Source: Candidatus Latescibacterota bacterium
Lineage (GTDB): Bacteria > Latescibacterota > UBA2968 > GCA-2709665
Direction: 5' to 3'
Length of the DNA stretch: 64,000 nt
NCBI GenBank assembly: GCA_965219995.1
Contig: CBDCOX010000002.1
Coordinates: 5,344,001-5,408,000 of the forward strand
The position numbers and the translations under genes are program-made. Positions 19,120 to 28,310 of this stretch are shown one piece after another. The notes beneath the pieces are model-generated. The model was not told the DNA's origin. It did not search any database and saw nothing but the letters and a program-made list of their open reading frames with translations. Numbering within the stretch: position 1 is the stretch's first letter; each line of letters starts with the position of its first letter.

Positions 19120-20201
19120 GAGTCGAGCCTTTCGACGGCTGCGTGGTAGAACTCCGAGACGATCTCGGCGCTGTGGGATGCGCGGCCGAGCCGGAACGCG
19201 CAGATGGCGGCGGGGCACAGTCCGCCGAAGGGTTCCCAGACCGTGTCGCCCGCGTCGGTCGTGGCCCGTATGGTGGTCTCAATCAGTTCCAGCGGCTTTT
19301 GGCTTCCGTGGAGGCTCTTGTACCTCCATCGCATTTGCTGCCGGTCGCCGTTGATGCGCTGCTTGCCGGACACCTGCGGTTGCCGCCAGACGTTCGTCAC
19401 TCCCGCCGGACACTGGAACTTGGCTCGCATGCGGGCCCACTGTTCCGCGGTGATCGAACGCTGCCCGTCCTGGCTGAAGTAGGGCCTGCCGGAGGGATCG
19501 CCATGCTCGTTGGCATAGTCGGCGAGCCGCACGAAGGCGTCGGGCGGCGGGTAGTACCAGAGGTGATCCGCCGTGAGGTACTTGCGGGTGGCGGCGTTGG
19601 CAACGCCACAGGCGTCGTTGGCCAGGCGCAGGGGTAGTCCCGAACGGCGCCACTCGCAGCGCAGCCAGTCCTGCATGGACAATGTCCCCCCCGTCGCCGA
19701 GCGGAACCTCGGGGCCTTGACGTACTGCGCACAGACCTCCGTGATGACCGGGAACTTGCGGAGCGTGCGCGTGTTGGCGTTGCCAGCGATGTGGCCGAGG
19801 CCCTTGTCCCAGATGTGGCAGCTTCGATACTCCCACCCGTGTTCGGCGAGAAGTGGGTGGACGGTGGCCCAGCCCAGTTCGGAATTCCAGAGCCAAAGCG
19901 TGGTTTCGGGGGTGGACCGCGCTGACCACGCCTCGACGTGGGGGCGGTACCAATCGACGAGGCCGGTCGCCGTGTGCAGATCGCCAGGGAATCCGTTTAG
20001 GCCGTAAGGCCCGTCGGCGATGATGCAAACCGGCACAGGCCACAGGTCGTAGAGGGTTTCCGCAGGTTGGAAATGGATCGTCGACTTGGCGCGTTGGAAG
20101 GACTCTGGCTGCGGCGACGGTGACGCAGCGCCGTTGCGGGCGGCTCGGGTTTGCGGTTCGACAGGCATGCGTCGTAGTGCGGCGGCGGTGTTGCGCGTCA
20201 T
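18996..20201 (-). CDS. Site-specific DNA methyltransferase (N4/N6, beta-class order)
   Basis: Motif IV-like IIADGPYG N-terminal, HGSQKPLELI...GDTVWEPFGG motif X/I C-terminal; about 40-aa non-MTase read-through tail; start MTRN (alternative TTG at 20321). Confidence 0.85.
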   Translation of the reverse strand: MTRNTAAALRRMPVEPQTRAARNGAASPSPQPESFQRAKSTIHFQPAETLYDLWPVPVCIIADGPYGLNGFPGDLHTATGLVDWYRPHVEAWSARSTPETTLWLWNSELGWATVHPLLAEHGWEYRSCHIWDKGLGHIAGNANTRTLRKFPVITEVCAQYVKAPRFRSATGGTLSMQDWLRCEWRRSGLPLRLANDACGVANAATRKYLTADHLWYYPPPDAFVRLADYANEHGDPSGRPYFSQDGQRSITAEQWARMRAKFQCPAGVTNVWRQPQVSGKQRINGDRQQMRWRYKSLHGSQKPLELIETTIRATTDAGDTVWEPFGGLCPAAICAFRLGRASHSAEIVSEFYHAAVERLDSCQESLGLRPACLRTPRPNPTSRTNPPRTAAATSDGSPDMV

Positions 20202-20324
20202 GTCTTTCCGTCTCGTCGTATTGTACGCAGGTCCGCGCGGGAGCGTGACCGCGATGCGGTTTCTCGCTGGCTCTCGCTGGGACGCAGGTTGGGTCGTGGT
20301 CACCTCGGACCGGGATTCCAATAA

Positions 20325-20340
20325 CTGTATATGAATACAG
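20325..20340. promoter_or_regulatory. LexA (SOS) box, Gamma/Betaproteobacterial type
   Basis: CTGTATATGAATACAG = CTGT-N8-ACAG with AT-rich spacer, intergenic. Confidence 0.8.
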
Positions 20341-20471
20341 CTAAAAGAGCCAGCCTTCCCTCAAGCCAGTCAAGCAAGGCTGACGTTCGTCGGCTCCCAG
20401 CGGGGCTCTGCTCCTGAGGGTGTCACGCCCGGCCGCGTCGTAGCATTTGATCCGGTTGGAACGGTTGAGGG

Positions 20472-21254
20472 GTGACAGCTTTCCTCAAGCCCGTGCTGGC
20501 GGCTGTGCTGCTGCACGCGACGATCGCGCAGGACGTGCGCGCCGGCGACGACCAGCACGTGCGTCGCTTCGGCGGCGTGCTGCACTTCGCGATCCTGCGC
20601 GGGGTGCCCGGCGTCGACGTGCAGGCGGAGATCCTCGGCGCGCTCCTGGCCGCCGTGCCCGAGGAACTCGAAGGGATCGAACCGGAGCACCAGGCGGTGC
20701 AGGGGTTCTGGCCCCTGAATCCGTCTTGCGAGCGCGAGGAACTGATCTGGGCCGAGCGCTACCGCGACCTCAGGGACTGGACGAACGCCGAGTTCACCGC
20801 CCAGCGGGACCCCGGCTGGATCACCAACCAGGTGGCGCTCATGCAGTCGGGGAGGCTCACGTTCTACTCCGAGGCGCAGGTGGAGGACACCCTGGACGAT
20901 GCGCCGCGCCTGATGCGCCGGCCGGAAGACCCGCCGATCGCCGTCCACTGGCTGCAGCTCCGTTCCGAGTCGATCCTGCCCAATCTCGTGGCCCTGCCGG
21001 AGCACGTACGGAAGCTGGATCGCCTGCTGCGGGAGGCGGGCCACACCGACATCGCCGTGCAGTACTACGGCGCCCTGACCTCGGCCGGGAGCGACCGGGA
21101 GAACGCGAGCATCTGGGTGGAGTACCGGGATCTCGCGGCGATGTCGGCAGCCCTGGCGTTCCTGACCACCGATCCCGCCGCCCGCGGCTGGCGCCGGGGA
21201 CTTGCCCACCTGACCGACGTACAACGCGAGTGGTACCTGCTGGAGGCCAAATGA
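20472..21254 (+). CDS. Exported hypothetical protein
   Basis: GTG start, signal-peptide-like N-terminus, host-like codon bias; ATGA overlap with next gene. Confidence 0.75.
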   Translation: MTAFLKPVLAAVLLHATIAQDVRAGDDQHVRRFGGVLHFAILRGVPGVDVQAEILGALLAAVPEELEGIEPEHQAVQGFWPLNPSCEREELIWAERYRDLRDWTNAEFTAQRDPGWITNQVALMQSGRLTFYSEAQVEDTLDDAPRLMRRPEDPPIAVHWLQLRSESILPNLVALPEHVRKLDRLLREAGHTDIAVQYYGALTSAGSDRENASIWVEYRDLAAMSAALAFLTTDPAARGWRRGLAHLTDVQREWYLLEAK

Positions 21255-24200
21255 ACACGATCAACTGCGCCCGTTCCCCGTTCGCGGTCCTCGTCCTGTT
21301 CGGCGCGGGCGTCTGCCTCGCCCAGGACGAGCCCGCGGCGCCGCACCCGTTGTTGCCGGCCTACGAGCGCGCGGCGGCGGTCCAGGGGCACGCCGAGGAC
21401 CGATGGGTGCTCAACCAGACCATCCATCCGCGGTGGATCGATGCGTCCACGTTCTGGTACGAGCGCGAAACGCCCGGGGGCAAGGTGTACACGCTGGTGG
21501 ACGCGGAACGCCGCGAAAAGCGGCCCGCCTTCGACCACGAAGCCCTCGCGGCCTCGCTCACCGAAGAGACGGGCCAGGAGATCGACGCCGACGCGTTGCC
21601 CATAGTGGGCGTCGAGATCGAACCCTCCGCGGTGACCTTCACGGCCGTTGGCCGCTTCTTTCGATTCGAGGACGGCGAACTCGAGGAACTCGACGCCAAT
21701 CCCAACGACGCTTCCTGGCTGGTCTCCCCCGACGGGTCCAGGGCGGCCTTCTCCAGGGACCACAACCTCTGGGTGAAGCGCCTCGCTTCCGGCGAGGAGA
21801 AACAGCTCACGAGCGACGGCGAACCCTTCTACGCCTACGGGGCGACGCCCAACGCCACCGGCCGGCCCGCGGTCAGGCCGGAAGCCGTGTGGTCACCCGA
21901 CTCGCGCTACCTCTTCACCGCGCAGACGGACGACCGCCAGGTGCAGTCCCTGCCGGTGATCGACTTCGCGCCCGCCGACGGGAGCATCCGGCCCAGGGTG
22001 ATCGACTACCGCCAGGCGCTGCCCGGCGACGAGCACATAACCCGCTTCCGCACGACCGTCATCGACACGGACACCGGCAAGCAGACGCCGGTCCACTACC
22101 CGGACCTCGCGGCGGCGCGCATGAACGACACGCCCTTCGGGGGCAACCGCGCCTGGTGGTCCGCGGACTCCACGGCGGTCTACTTCGTGGACATCCTGCG
22201 CGGCGAGCGGGAGGCCCGCGTGGTCACCGCGGCCCGCGACTCGGGGCTCGCCCGCGTGGTGTTCCGGGAGACCACGGACACCTACCTGGAACTCGGCTCG
22301 AACGTGTACATGCCGACCTTCATCGTGCCCCTGCCCGGGAGCGAGGAGTTCGTCTGGTATTCGGAGAAGTCGGGCTGGGGGCACCTGTACCTGCACGACG
22401 CGTCAACGGGCGAGGAGAAGCGTGCGCTTACCGCCGGCGACTGGCTCGTGAGAGACGTGCTCGGGGTGGACCGGGAAGGGCGCGAACTCTTCCTGACCGT
22501 CGGCGGGCGCCGGCCGGACGCCAATCCCTACTTTCGCGAAGTGGTCCGGGTGAACCTGGACACCGCCGAACTCACCGTGCTGAGCGCCAGTGACGCGGAC
22601 CACATCGTGCTCTCGCAGGGCGACTTCTCGCTGCTGCTGCTCACCGTCTTCGGCCAGGACCCGGGCGCGGTTTCCGGGCTGTCTCCCGGCGCCGCCTACT
22701 ACGTGGAGACCCGCCAGCGCCCGGACCGGCCCAACGCCACCGCGCTCATGTCGGCGGACGGCGAGGAACTCCTGCTCGTCGAGGAGGCAACGCCGCATGC
22801 CGTGCCGGACGGGCAACGCTGGCCCGAACCCTTCACCGTCACCGCCGCCGACGGCGAAACGGAGATTCGCGGCGTGATGCTGAAGCCGCGGGACTTCGAT
22901 CCCGGCCGGTCCTACCCGGTGATCGACTACATCTACGGCGGGCCCCAGGTCGCGAACGTGCCCAAGACGGGTTTCAGTTCCCTGTCCTCCCTGAGCCTCG
23001 ACTCGGCCGCGTCCCTGGCGGAACTGGGGTTCGTCGCGGTCATCCTGGACGGACGCGGCACCACGGAACGCTCGCGCGCCTTCCACGAGTCGTCCTACGG
23101 CCGGCTGCAGACCGCGAGCAACCTCGAAGACCACGTCGCCGCCATCCGGCAGCTCGCCGAGCGGTTCCCGTACCTGGACGCGGAGCGCGTCGGCATCACC
23201 GGGGTCTCCGGCGGCGGCTACATGGCCGCGCGCGGCATGCTCAAGTTCCCGGAGTTCTTCAAGGTCGGCGTGTCCATCGCCGGCAACCACGACCAGCGGC
23301 TGTTCTGGCACAGTTGGGGCGAGCGCTACCAGGGCCTGCCGGCGGGGGACAACTACCTCGAGCAGGCGAACCTGACGCACGCCGCGAGCCTCGAGGGCAA
23401 GCTCCTCTTCATTCACGGCATGCTGGACTTCGGCGTCCACCCCGGCGGCCTCTTCCAGCTCACGCAGGCCCTCATGGACGCCAACAAGGTGTTCGACCTG
23501 GTGCTGTTGCCGCAGACCGGTCACGCGCTGCCCGGTTACGGCATGGTGCGCATGTGGGACTATTTCGTCCGGCATCTCGGCGGGATGGAACCGCCGCCGG
23601 GCTTCAGCGCGAAGTCGTCCTCGGACCGCATGATGGAGCAGGTGAAGACCATTCAGATGGCCGCCATGGCACAACCCGAGGCGCCGCCGGCCGACGACCC
23701 GGCCGCGGACGAGTGGGGTCCGGCGGTGCGGGTCACGCTGGAGACGGACGCCGGCGACATCGCGCTGGCGGTGTACCCGGAGGCCGCGCCCGCGTCCGCC
23801 GGCAGTTTCCTGGAACACGTCGACCAGGGGCTCTTCGACGGCGGTGCCTTCTACCGCGTCGTGCGCCGGAACAACGACAACGGCTCGCCGGTCATCGAAG
23901 TGGTTCAGGGCGGCCTGACGGACCCCTCGAAAGCCCTGCCGTCAGTCCCGCACGAGACTACCGAGCAGACCGGCATCCGCCACCTCGACGGCACGCTGTC
24001 ACTCGGCCGGACGGACCCCGGCAGCGCCAGCGGCGGCGCGTTCTTCGTCACCGTCGGCGACCAGCCGAGCCTCGACTTCGGCGGTGCCCGCAACGCCGAC
24101 GGCCTCGGCTTCGCCGCGTTCGGACGCGTCACCTCCGGCATGGACGTGGTGCACGGGATTCACCAGGAGGAAGCCACGGCACCCACGGACAACGCCTACC

Positions 24201-24259
24201 TGCGGGGCCAGTTGCTGAACGAGCCGGTGATCATTCGCAAGGCGTATCGGCAACCTTGA
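21251..24259 (+). CDS. S9B/DPP IV-like peptidase fused to C-terminal cyclophilin-type PPIase
   Basis: DPP IV N propeller, YGGPQ, DGRGT, GVSGGGY, HGMLD, GH; then VTLETDAGDI...FYRVVR...VVQGG...HETT...HLDGTLS...GFAAFGRVTSGMDVV. Confidence 0.9.
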   Translation: MNTINCARSPFAVLVLFGAGVCLAQDEPAAPHPLLPAYERAAAVQGHAEDRWVLNQTIHPRWIDASTFWYERETPGGKVYTLVDAERREKRPAFDHEALAASLTEETGQEIDADALPIVGVEIEPSAVTFTAVGRFFRFEDGELEELDANPNDASWLVSPDGSRAAFSRDHNLWVKRLASGEEKQLTSDGEPFYAYGATPNATGRPAVRPEAVWSPDSRYLFTAQTDDRQVQSLPVIDFAPADGSIRPRVIDYRQALPGDEHITRFRTTVIDTDTGKQTPVHYPDLAAARMNDTPFGGNRAWWSADSTAVYFVDILRGEREARVVTAARDSGLARVVFRETTDTYLELGSNVYMPTFIVPLPGSEEFVWYSEKSGWGHLYLHDASTGEEKRALTAGDWLVRDVLGVDREGRELFLTVGGRRPDANPYFREVVRVNLDTAELTVLSASDADHIVLSQGDFSLLLLTVFGQDPGAVSGLSPGAAYYVETRQRPDRPNATALMSADGEELLLVEEATPHAVPDGQRWPEPFTVTAADGETEIRGVMLKPRDFDPGRSYPVIDYIYGGPQVANVPKTGFSSLSSLSLDSAASLAELGFVAVILDGRGTTERSRAFHESSYGRLQTASNLEDHVAAIRQLAERFPYLDAERVGITGVSGGGYMAARGMLKFPEFFKVGVSIAGNHDQRLFWHSWGERYQGLPAGDNYLEQANLTHAASLEGKLLFIHGMLDFGVHPGGLFQLTQALMDANKVFDLVLLPQTGHALPGYGMVRMWDYFVRHLGGMEPPPGFSAKSSSDRMMEQVKTIQMAAMAQPEAPPADDPAADEWGPAVRVTLETDAGDIALAVYPEAAPASAGSFLEHVDQGLFDGGAFYRVVRRNNDNGSPVIEVVQGGLTDPSKALPSVPHETTEQTGIRHLDGTLSLGRTDPGSASGGAFFVTVGDQPSLDFGGARNADGLGFAAFGRVTSGMDVVHGIHQEEATAPTDNAYLRGQLLNEPVIIRKAYRQP

Positions 24260-24265
24260 GGAGCT

Positions 24266-25786
24266 TCAGGACTTCAGCAGGGCCCTGAAGCGCGTATGCG
24301 CGTAGCGACGGCGCCCGACCTCGTGAAACGACAGCAGCGCCATGCGTCCCCAGACGCCCGAGAAGAAGTCCTTCGGCAGCCCCGCCGGGGCGAACAGGTT
24401 GTCGTGAACGGCCGAGCAGGTGACCGTCGGCGCCGCGTCGCTCGAGCCCATGTAGAGTTCCAGGACCTCCTTCTGTTCCTCGCTGGCCGGCAGGTAGTGC
24501 GAGGTCACGTCGATTTCGTCGGCGCCTTTCCCTGCACGCACTTCCGCGCGTGACTCGAAAGACTCGTAGTCGCCGGCGTAGTGACTCATCGGCAGGGTGG
24601 TCGCCGCCTCGGAGAAGGGCGGCTCGACGGTCAGTCCGACGTGCTCCCGCAGTACGGTGCTGACCAACCGGTCGTGCAGGGGGCTCGATCCCGGCCCGGT
24701 GCCGAAACTCGCGATCACAAGGTCGTACTCCGGGAACACCGTCAGCCCGGAAGTGCCTCCCGGCGACCCGCCGCCATGCCACCAGCCCGTGGTGCCGCCG
24801 ATGGACGGCAGGAACCAGCCAAGCCCAATCGGCGGCGCGTTGGGCGTCTTCAGATCGAACGTCGGGGTGCGCATCGCCCGGCAGAGTTCGGCGGAGAGCA
24901 CGCGCGTTCCGTTGGGCGCGACGCCGTCCGCCAGGTGCGTGCGCGCGAACGCGATGAGGTCCGGCACGTTGACGATCGGCGTCGCCCCGGCCGGGGCCGC
25001 CGACACCGGCAGCATGAACAGGCGCGCCGCCGCCATCTCGCCGTCCGGGCCGGGATAGGCCCCGACCGCGGTGCGGTGGAGGATCGCCTGGGTCGCGGAG
25101 GTGACGGACCGGTCCATGCCGATGGGCGCGTAGATTTCCTCTTCCAGCGTCCGGTCGAAACGCTTGCCCGACAGGGTCTCGATGATGCGCCCGGCGATCG
25201 TGAAACCCGGGTTCGTGTAGTGCAGCAGTTCGTCCGGGGCGAACAGGGTGCCGATCCCGGAAAGCGCGTCGATGTACGACTGCACCGCGTTGGGGCCGAA
25301 CTCCCGTGCGGGCATCAGGGTGTCCGCATCGATGCCGTTGGTGTGGTTGACGAGCTGGCGCACCCGGATGCGCTCCGCGGCCCCCTCCTCGGCCAGGCGA
25401 AAGTCCGGGAGATAGCGGGTGATGGGCGCATCGAGATCGATCTTCCCCGCTTCCACGTACTTCAGCAGCAGGGTGGTGGTCAGCACCTTGGTGATGGAGC
25501 CGAGCAGCCAGGCCGTATCCGTCGTCATCGGATCGCCGGTGTTGAGGTTGCGCACCCCGTGCGCGAACAGCCACTCCGATCCGTCCTGGTAGATCCCGGC
25601 CACGTAGCCGGGCGAGCCGAGTTCTTCCGCAAGTTTCGGTATCAGCTCGGAAAGGAGCCCGCCGATGCCTGCGAGGGACGAACCCCCCACTTGCCCGCCG
25701 CCCGACGACGCGGGCGCGCCCGTGAGTGCAATGGCGGGTGCAGCGGCCAGCGTGGCCGCCCCGGAAACGAACTGTCGACGTCGCAT
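24266..25786 (-). CDS. Serine hydrolase (beta-lactamase/class C-like), Tat-exported
   Basis: MRRRQF Tat motif; GSITK (SxxK), LVNHTNGI, YTN, WHGGG. Confidence 0.9.
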   Translation of the reverse strand: MRRRQFVSGAATLAAAPAIALTGAPASSGGGQVGGSSLAGIGGLLSELIPKLAEELGSPGYVAGIYQDGSEWLFAHGVRNLNTGDPMTTDTAWLLGSITKVLTTTLLLKYVEAGKIDLDAPITRYLPDFRLAEEGAAERIRVRQLVNHTNGIDADTLMPAREFGPNAVQSYIDALSGIGTLFAPDELLHYTNPGFTIAGRIIETLSGKRFDRTLEEEIYAPIGMDRSVTSATQAILHRTAVGAYPGPDGEMAAARLFMLPVSAAPAGATPIVNVPDLIAFARTHLADGVAPNGTRVLSAELCRAMRTPTFDLKTPNAPPIGLGWFLPSIGGTTGWWHGGGSPGGTSGLTVFPEYDLVIASFGTGPGSSPLHDRLVSTVLREHVGLTVEPPFSEAATTLPMSHYAGDYESFESRAEVRAGKGADEIDVTSHYLPASEEQKEVLELYMGSSDAAPTVTCSAVHDNLFAPAGLPKDFFSGVWGRMALLSFHEVGRRRYAHTRFRALLKS

Positions 25787-25832
25787 GCGTATACCTCAAT
25801 GGCCAACACGATCTCTCATGGAGACGCAGGAA

Positions 25833-28154
25833 CTACCGCCCGGACTCCATCACGTTTCTTGCAAAGAAGCCGGCGAGCTTGCGAATGAAGTAAGCCTCCC
25901 CCGCGCCGGTGTAGCCGTGCCCCTCCTCGGGAAGCACGACCTGGTCGTGGTCGACGCCGGCATCGATCAGCGCCCGGCTCATGCGCATGAACTCCGGAAA
26001 CGTCGCGAAATCCGCCAGGCCGCCCACCAGCATCAGCCGGCCCTTGACCTGCGGCGCCAGGCGGTAGGGGGATGCGAACTCGTAGGCGCTCTTGGCCCGC
26101 TCCGGCAGGTCGAGGTAGGGCTCGTACAGGAGCGACGCGTAAGGGTTGAAGCCCGGTGCGCTCGAGACCGCGGCCCGGTACAGGTCCGGCGCCTGGGCCA
26201 GCGCCGCGAAGGCGTAGTAGCCGCCCCAGGAGTGGCCCCAGATGCCGACGCGGTCGAGGTCCATGAAGGGATGCCGCTCGCCGAGCTGACGGATGGCGGC
26301 GGCATGGTCCGCGATCTCGTTCTGGCCCCAGCTCCGGTAGATGACGTCCTGGAACGCCTTCGAGCGCTCCGGCGTGCCCCGCCCGTCGAGGGTGACGACC
26401 ACGTAGCCGAGCTGCGCCATGGCCCGCGGCAGGTTCTGCGTCTTCGACAGGCCGAGCGAGAACGTCCTGTCGGTCGCGACGATCTGGGGTCCGGCGTAGA
26501 GGTATTCGAGCACCGGGTACGTCTTGTCGGGGTCGAAGTCGTACGGCCGGTGCATCACGCCCCAGAGATCGGTCTCGCCGTCGGCGGCCTTGACGCTGAA
26601 CTCCACCGTCGGCGTCCAGCCCAGCGATTCCAGCGCGCCGATGTCGGCTGCAGCCAGGGTGCGGGCCAAGGCGCCGTCGGCGGAGCGCAGATCGACGCGC
26701 GGCGCCCGGCCGGGACTCGAGTGGGTATCGAGGAACCAGGCGAGGGACGGGGAGAACCGCACGGCGTGCTGGCCTTCCCCCTCGGTCAGCCGCTGCACGG
26801 CGCCACCGCCGAGCGGCACCCGGTACAGGTGGGTGTCGTAGACCCGGGGACGCTCGCCATGGGCCGTGAAGTACACCCAGCCGTTCTCCTGGTCGACTTC
26901 CCGCACCTCGAGCACCGGGTAGTCGCCCCGCGTCAACTGGCGTTCGAGACGCCCGTCGTTGCGATACAGGTAGAGGTGATTCCAGCCGTCCCGCGTCGAT
27001 TCCCACAGGAAGCCGCTCCCGTCCGGCAGGGCCGTGAAGCCGGTATTGCCGAAGGAGACGACATCGTGCTGGATCTTGACGAAGGTATCGGCCGTCTCGG
27101 TGAACAGCGTGCGCACCGATCCGTCCCGGGCGTTTGCGGCCATGACGTCCACCGACTTGAAGTCCCGGGAGAAACGCGCGAACAGCGCTTCCGACGAGTC
27201 CGGCAGCCATCCGAGCAGGTTGAAGTAGCGGTCCTCCGTATCCACGTCGACGGCGACCCGCTCGCCCGAGAGGATGTGCAGGATGTGGGGCCGCACATGG
27301 TCGAGGTGACCCCCGGCGACGGCGAAGGGCCGCAGGACGATGCGCTCGAGGGTGTCCATGTAGCGCAGTTCCCCCTTGCGCGGCAGCTTCGACCGGTCGG
27401 TCAGGGTCGCCCAGAGCTTCAGGCTGTCCGGAGACCAGGGGGTGAACGGCACGTAGACGATGGAGATGCCCGCGCCGAGGGTGAGGCGCGTGCTCTCCAC
27501 GTCCCAGGCGTCGTCGAACGTGCCGTCGGCCGTGAGCGCATGGACGCCGCCGTCCGCCGCCGAGCGCAGGGCCACGTTCTCGTCGATCAGCGTCGCGTAC
27601 CACTTGCCGTCCGGGGAGCGCACCTCGGGCGACGGCGTGGGCAGGCCGAAGTAGTTGCGGCGCGGGAAGGTGCCCGGCCGCACGTTGGCGGCCGGCGTCG
27701 CGGCCGGCGCGGGTTGGGGCTCGACCACGTAAGCCGCCATGTCCAGGCTGAACCGCGCGCCTTCCAAGGCGAAGCTCGCCGTGGCGCCGTCGGGAGACAA
27801 CTGGAAGGTCTCGAACGGGACCCCGGCGTAGGGCGGCTCGTGGCCGATCGCCGCGGCGATGGCGGCACGCAGGCGCGGGACGTCGAACAGCGGCTCCACG
27901 GTGTCGGCGGCCGGATCCACGCGCCAGATCACCCGGTTGGCCGGCCCGCCCTCGGCGAACCAGAAGCTCGAGCCGTCGGCGAGCCAGTTGGGCTCGATGG
28001 AGGCGCCTTTCACGAGCGTCGCGAACTCGAGATAGCGCTCGAACACCGCCTGCCGGCGGTCGTCGGCCGCCGCCAGCGGCGCAACCGTCATTGATGCCAA
28101 CGCGGCTGTCAACGCGAAGACGATCGCCGCCCGCACTCTCCCGCTTCGGTTCAT
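25833..28154 (-). CDS. S9B/DPP IV-like peptidase, secreted
   Basis: Signal peptide; DGWNHLYLY, YAGPQ, DGRGTPERSKAF, GHSWGG, GHG. Confidence 0.92.
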   Translation of the reverse strand: MNRSGRVRAAIVFALTAALASMTVAPLAAADDRRQAVFERYLEFATLVKGASIEPNWLADGSSFWFAEGGPANRVIWRVDPAADTVEPLFDVPRLRAAIAAAIGHEPPYAGVPFETFQLSPDGATASFALEGARFSLDMAAYVVEPQPAPAATPAANVRPGTFPRRNYFGLPTPSPEVRSPDGKWYATLIDENVALRSAADGGVHALTADGTFDDAWDVESTRLTLGAGISIVYVPFTPWSPDSLKLWATLTDRSKLPRKGELRYMDTLERIVLRPFAVAGGHLDHVRPHILHILSGERVAVDVDTEDRYFNLLGWLPDSSEALFARFSRDFKSVDVMAANARDGSVRTLFTETADTFVKIQHDVVSFGNTGFTALPDGSGFLWESTRDGWNHLYLYRNDGRLERQLTRGDYPVLEVREVDQENGWVYFTAHGERPRVYDTHLYRVPLGGGAVQRLTEGEGQHAVRFSPSLAWFLDTHSSPGRAPRVDLRSADGALARTLAAADIGALESLGWTPTVEFSVKAADGETDLWGVMHRPYDFDPDKTYPVLEYLYAGPQIVATDRTFSLGLSKTQNLPRAMAQLGYVVVTLDGRGTPERSKAFQDVIYRSWGQNEIADHAAAIRQLGERHPFMDLDRVGIWGHSWGGYYAFAALAQAPDLYRAAVSSAPGFNPYASLLYEPYLDLPERAKSAYEFASPYRLAPQVKGRLMLVGGLADFATFPEFMRMSRALIDAGVDHDQVVLPEEGHGYTGAGEAYFIRKLAGFFARNVMESGR

Positions 28155-28310
28155 GGTCTCAGCTCCGGGTCGTTCCATCGGCCCGCGCCGATGGTCAGGC
28201 GAATGGACGCATACCCGTCGTCCTTACCTCAAGCCGGCCGCGCGCTTGGCGTGTCGGCCGGGGCGTCGTACGTGTTCGGGCATTGGGAGCCCTGACGCGC
28301 GGGCTCTTCC

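Noticed and set aside
20447-21250. 268-aa N-terminal extension of the 1270-aa ORF
   Set aside because: Arg/Pro/Gly-rich shadow frame overlapping the real 20472 gene; true start is the ATG at 21251 with RBS and signal peptide
24266-25786. Beta-lactam resistance gene
   Set aside because: Generic SxxK serine hydrolase; context points to peptidase/amidase
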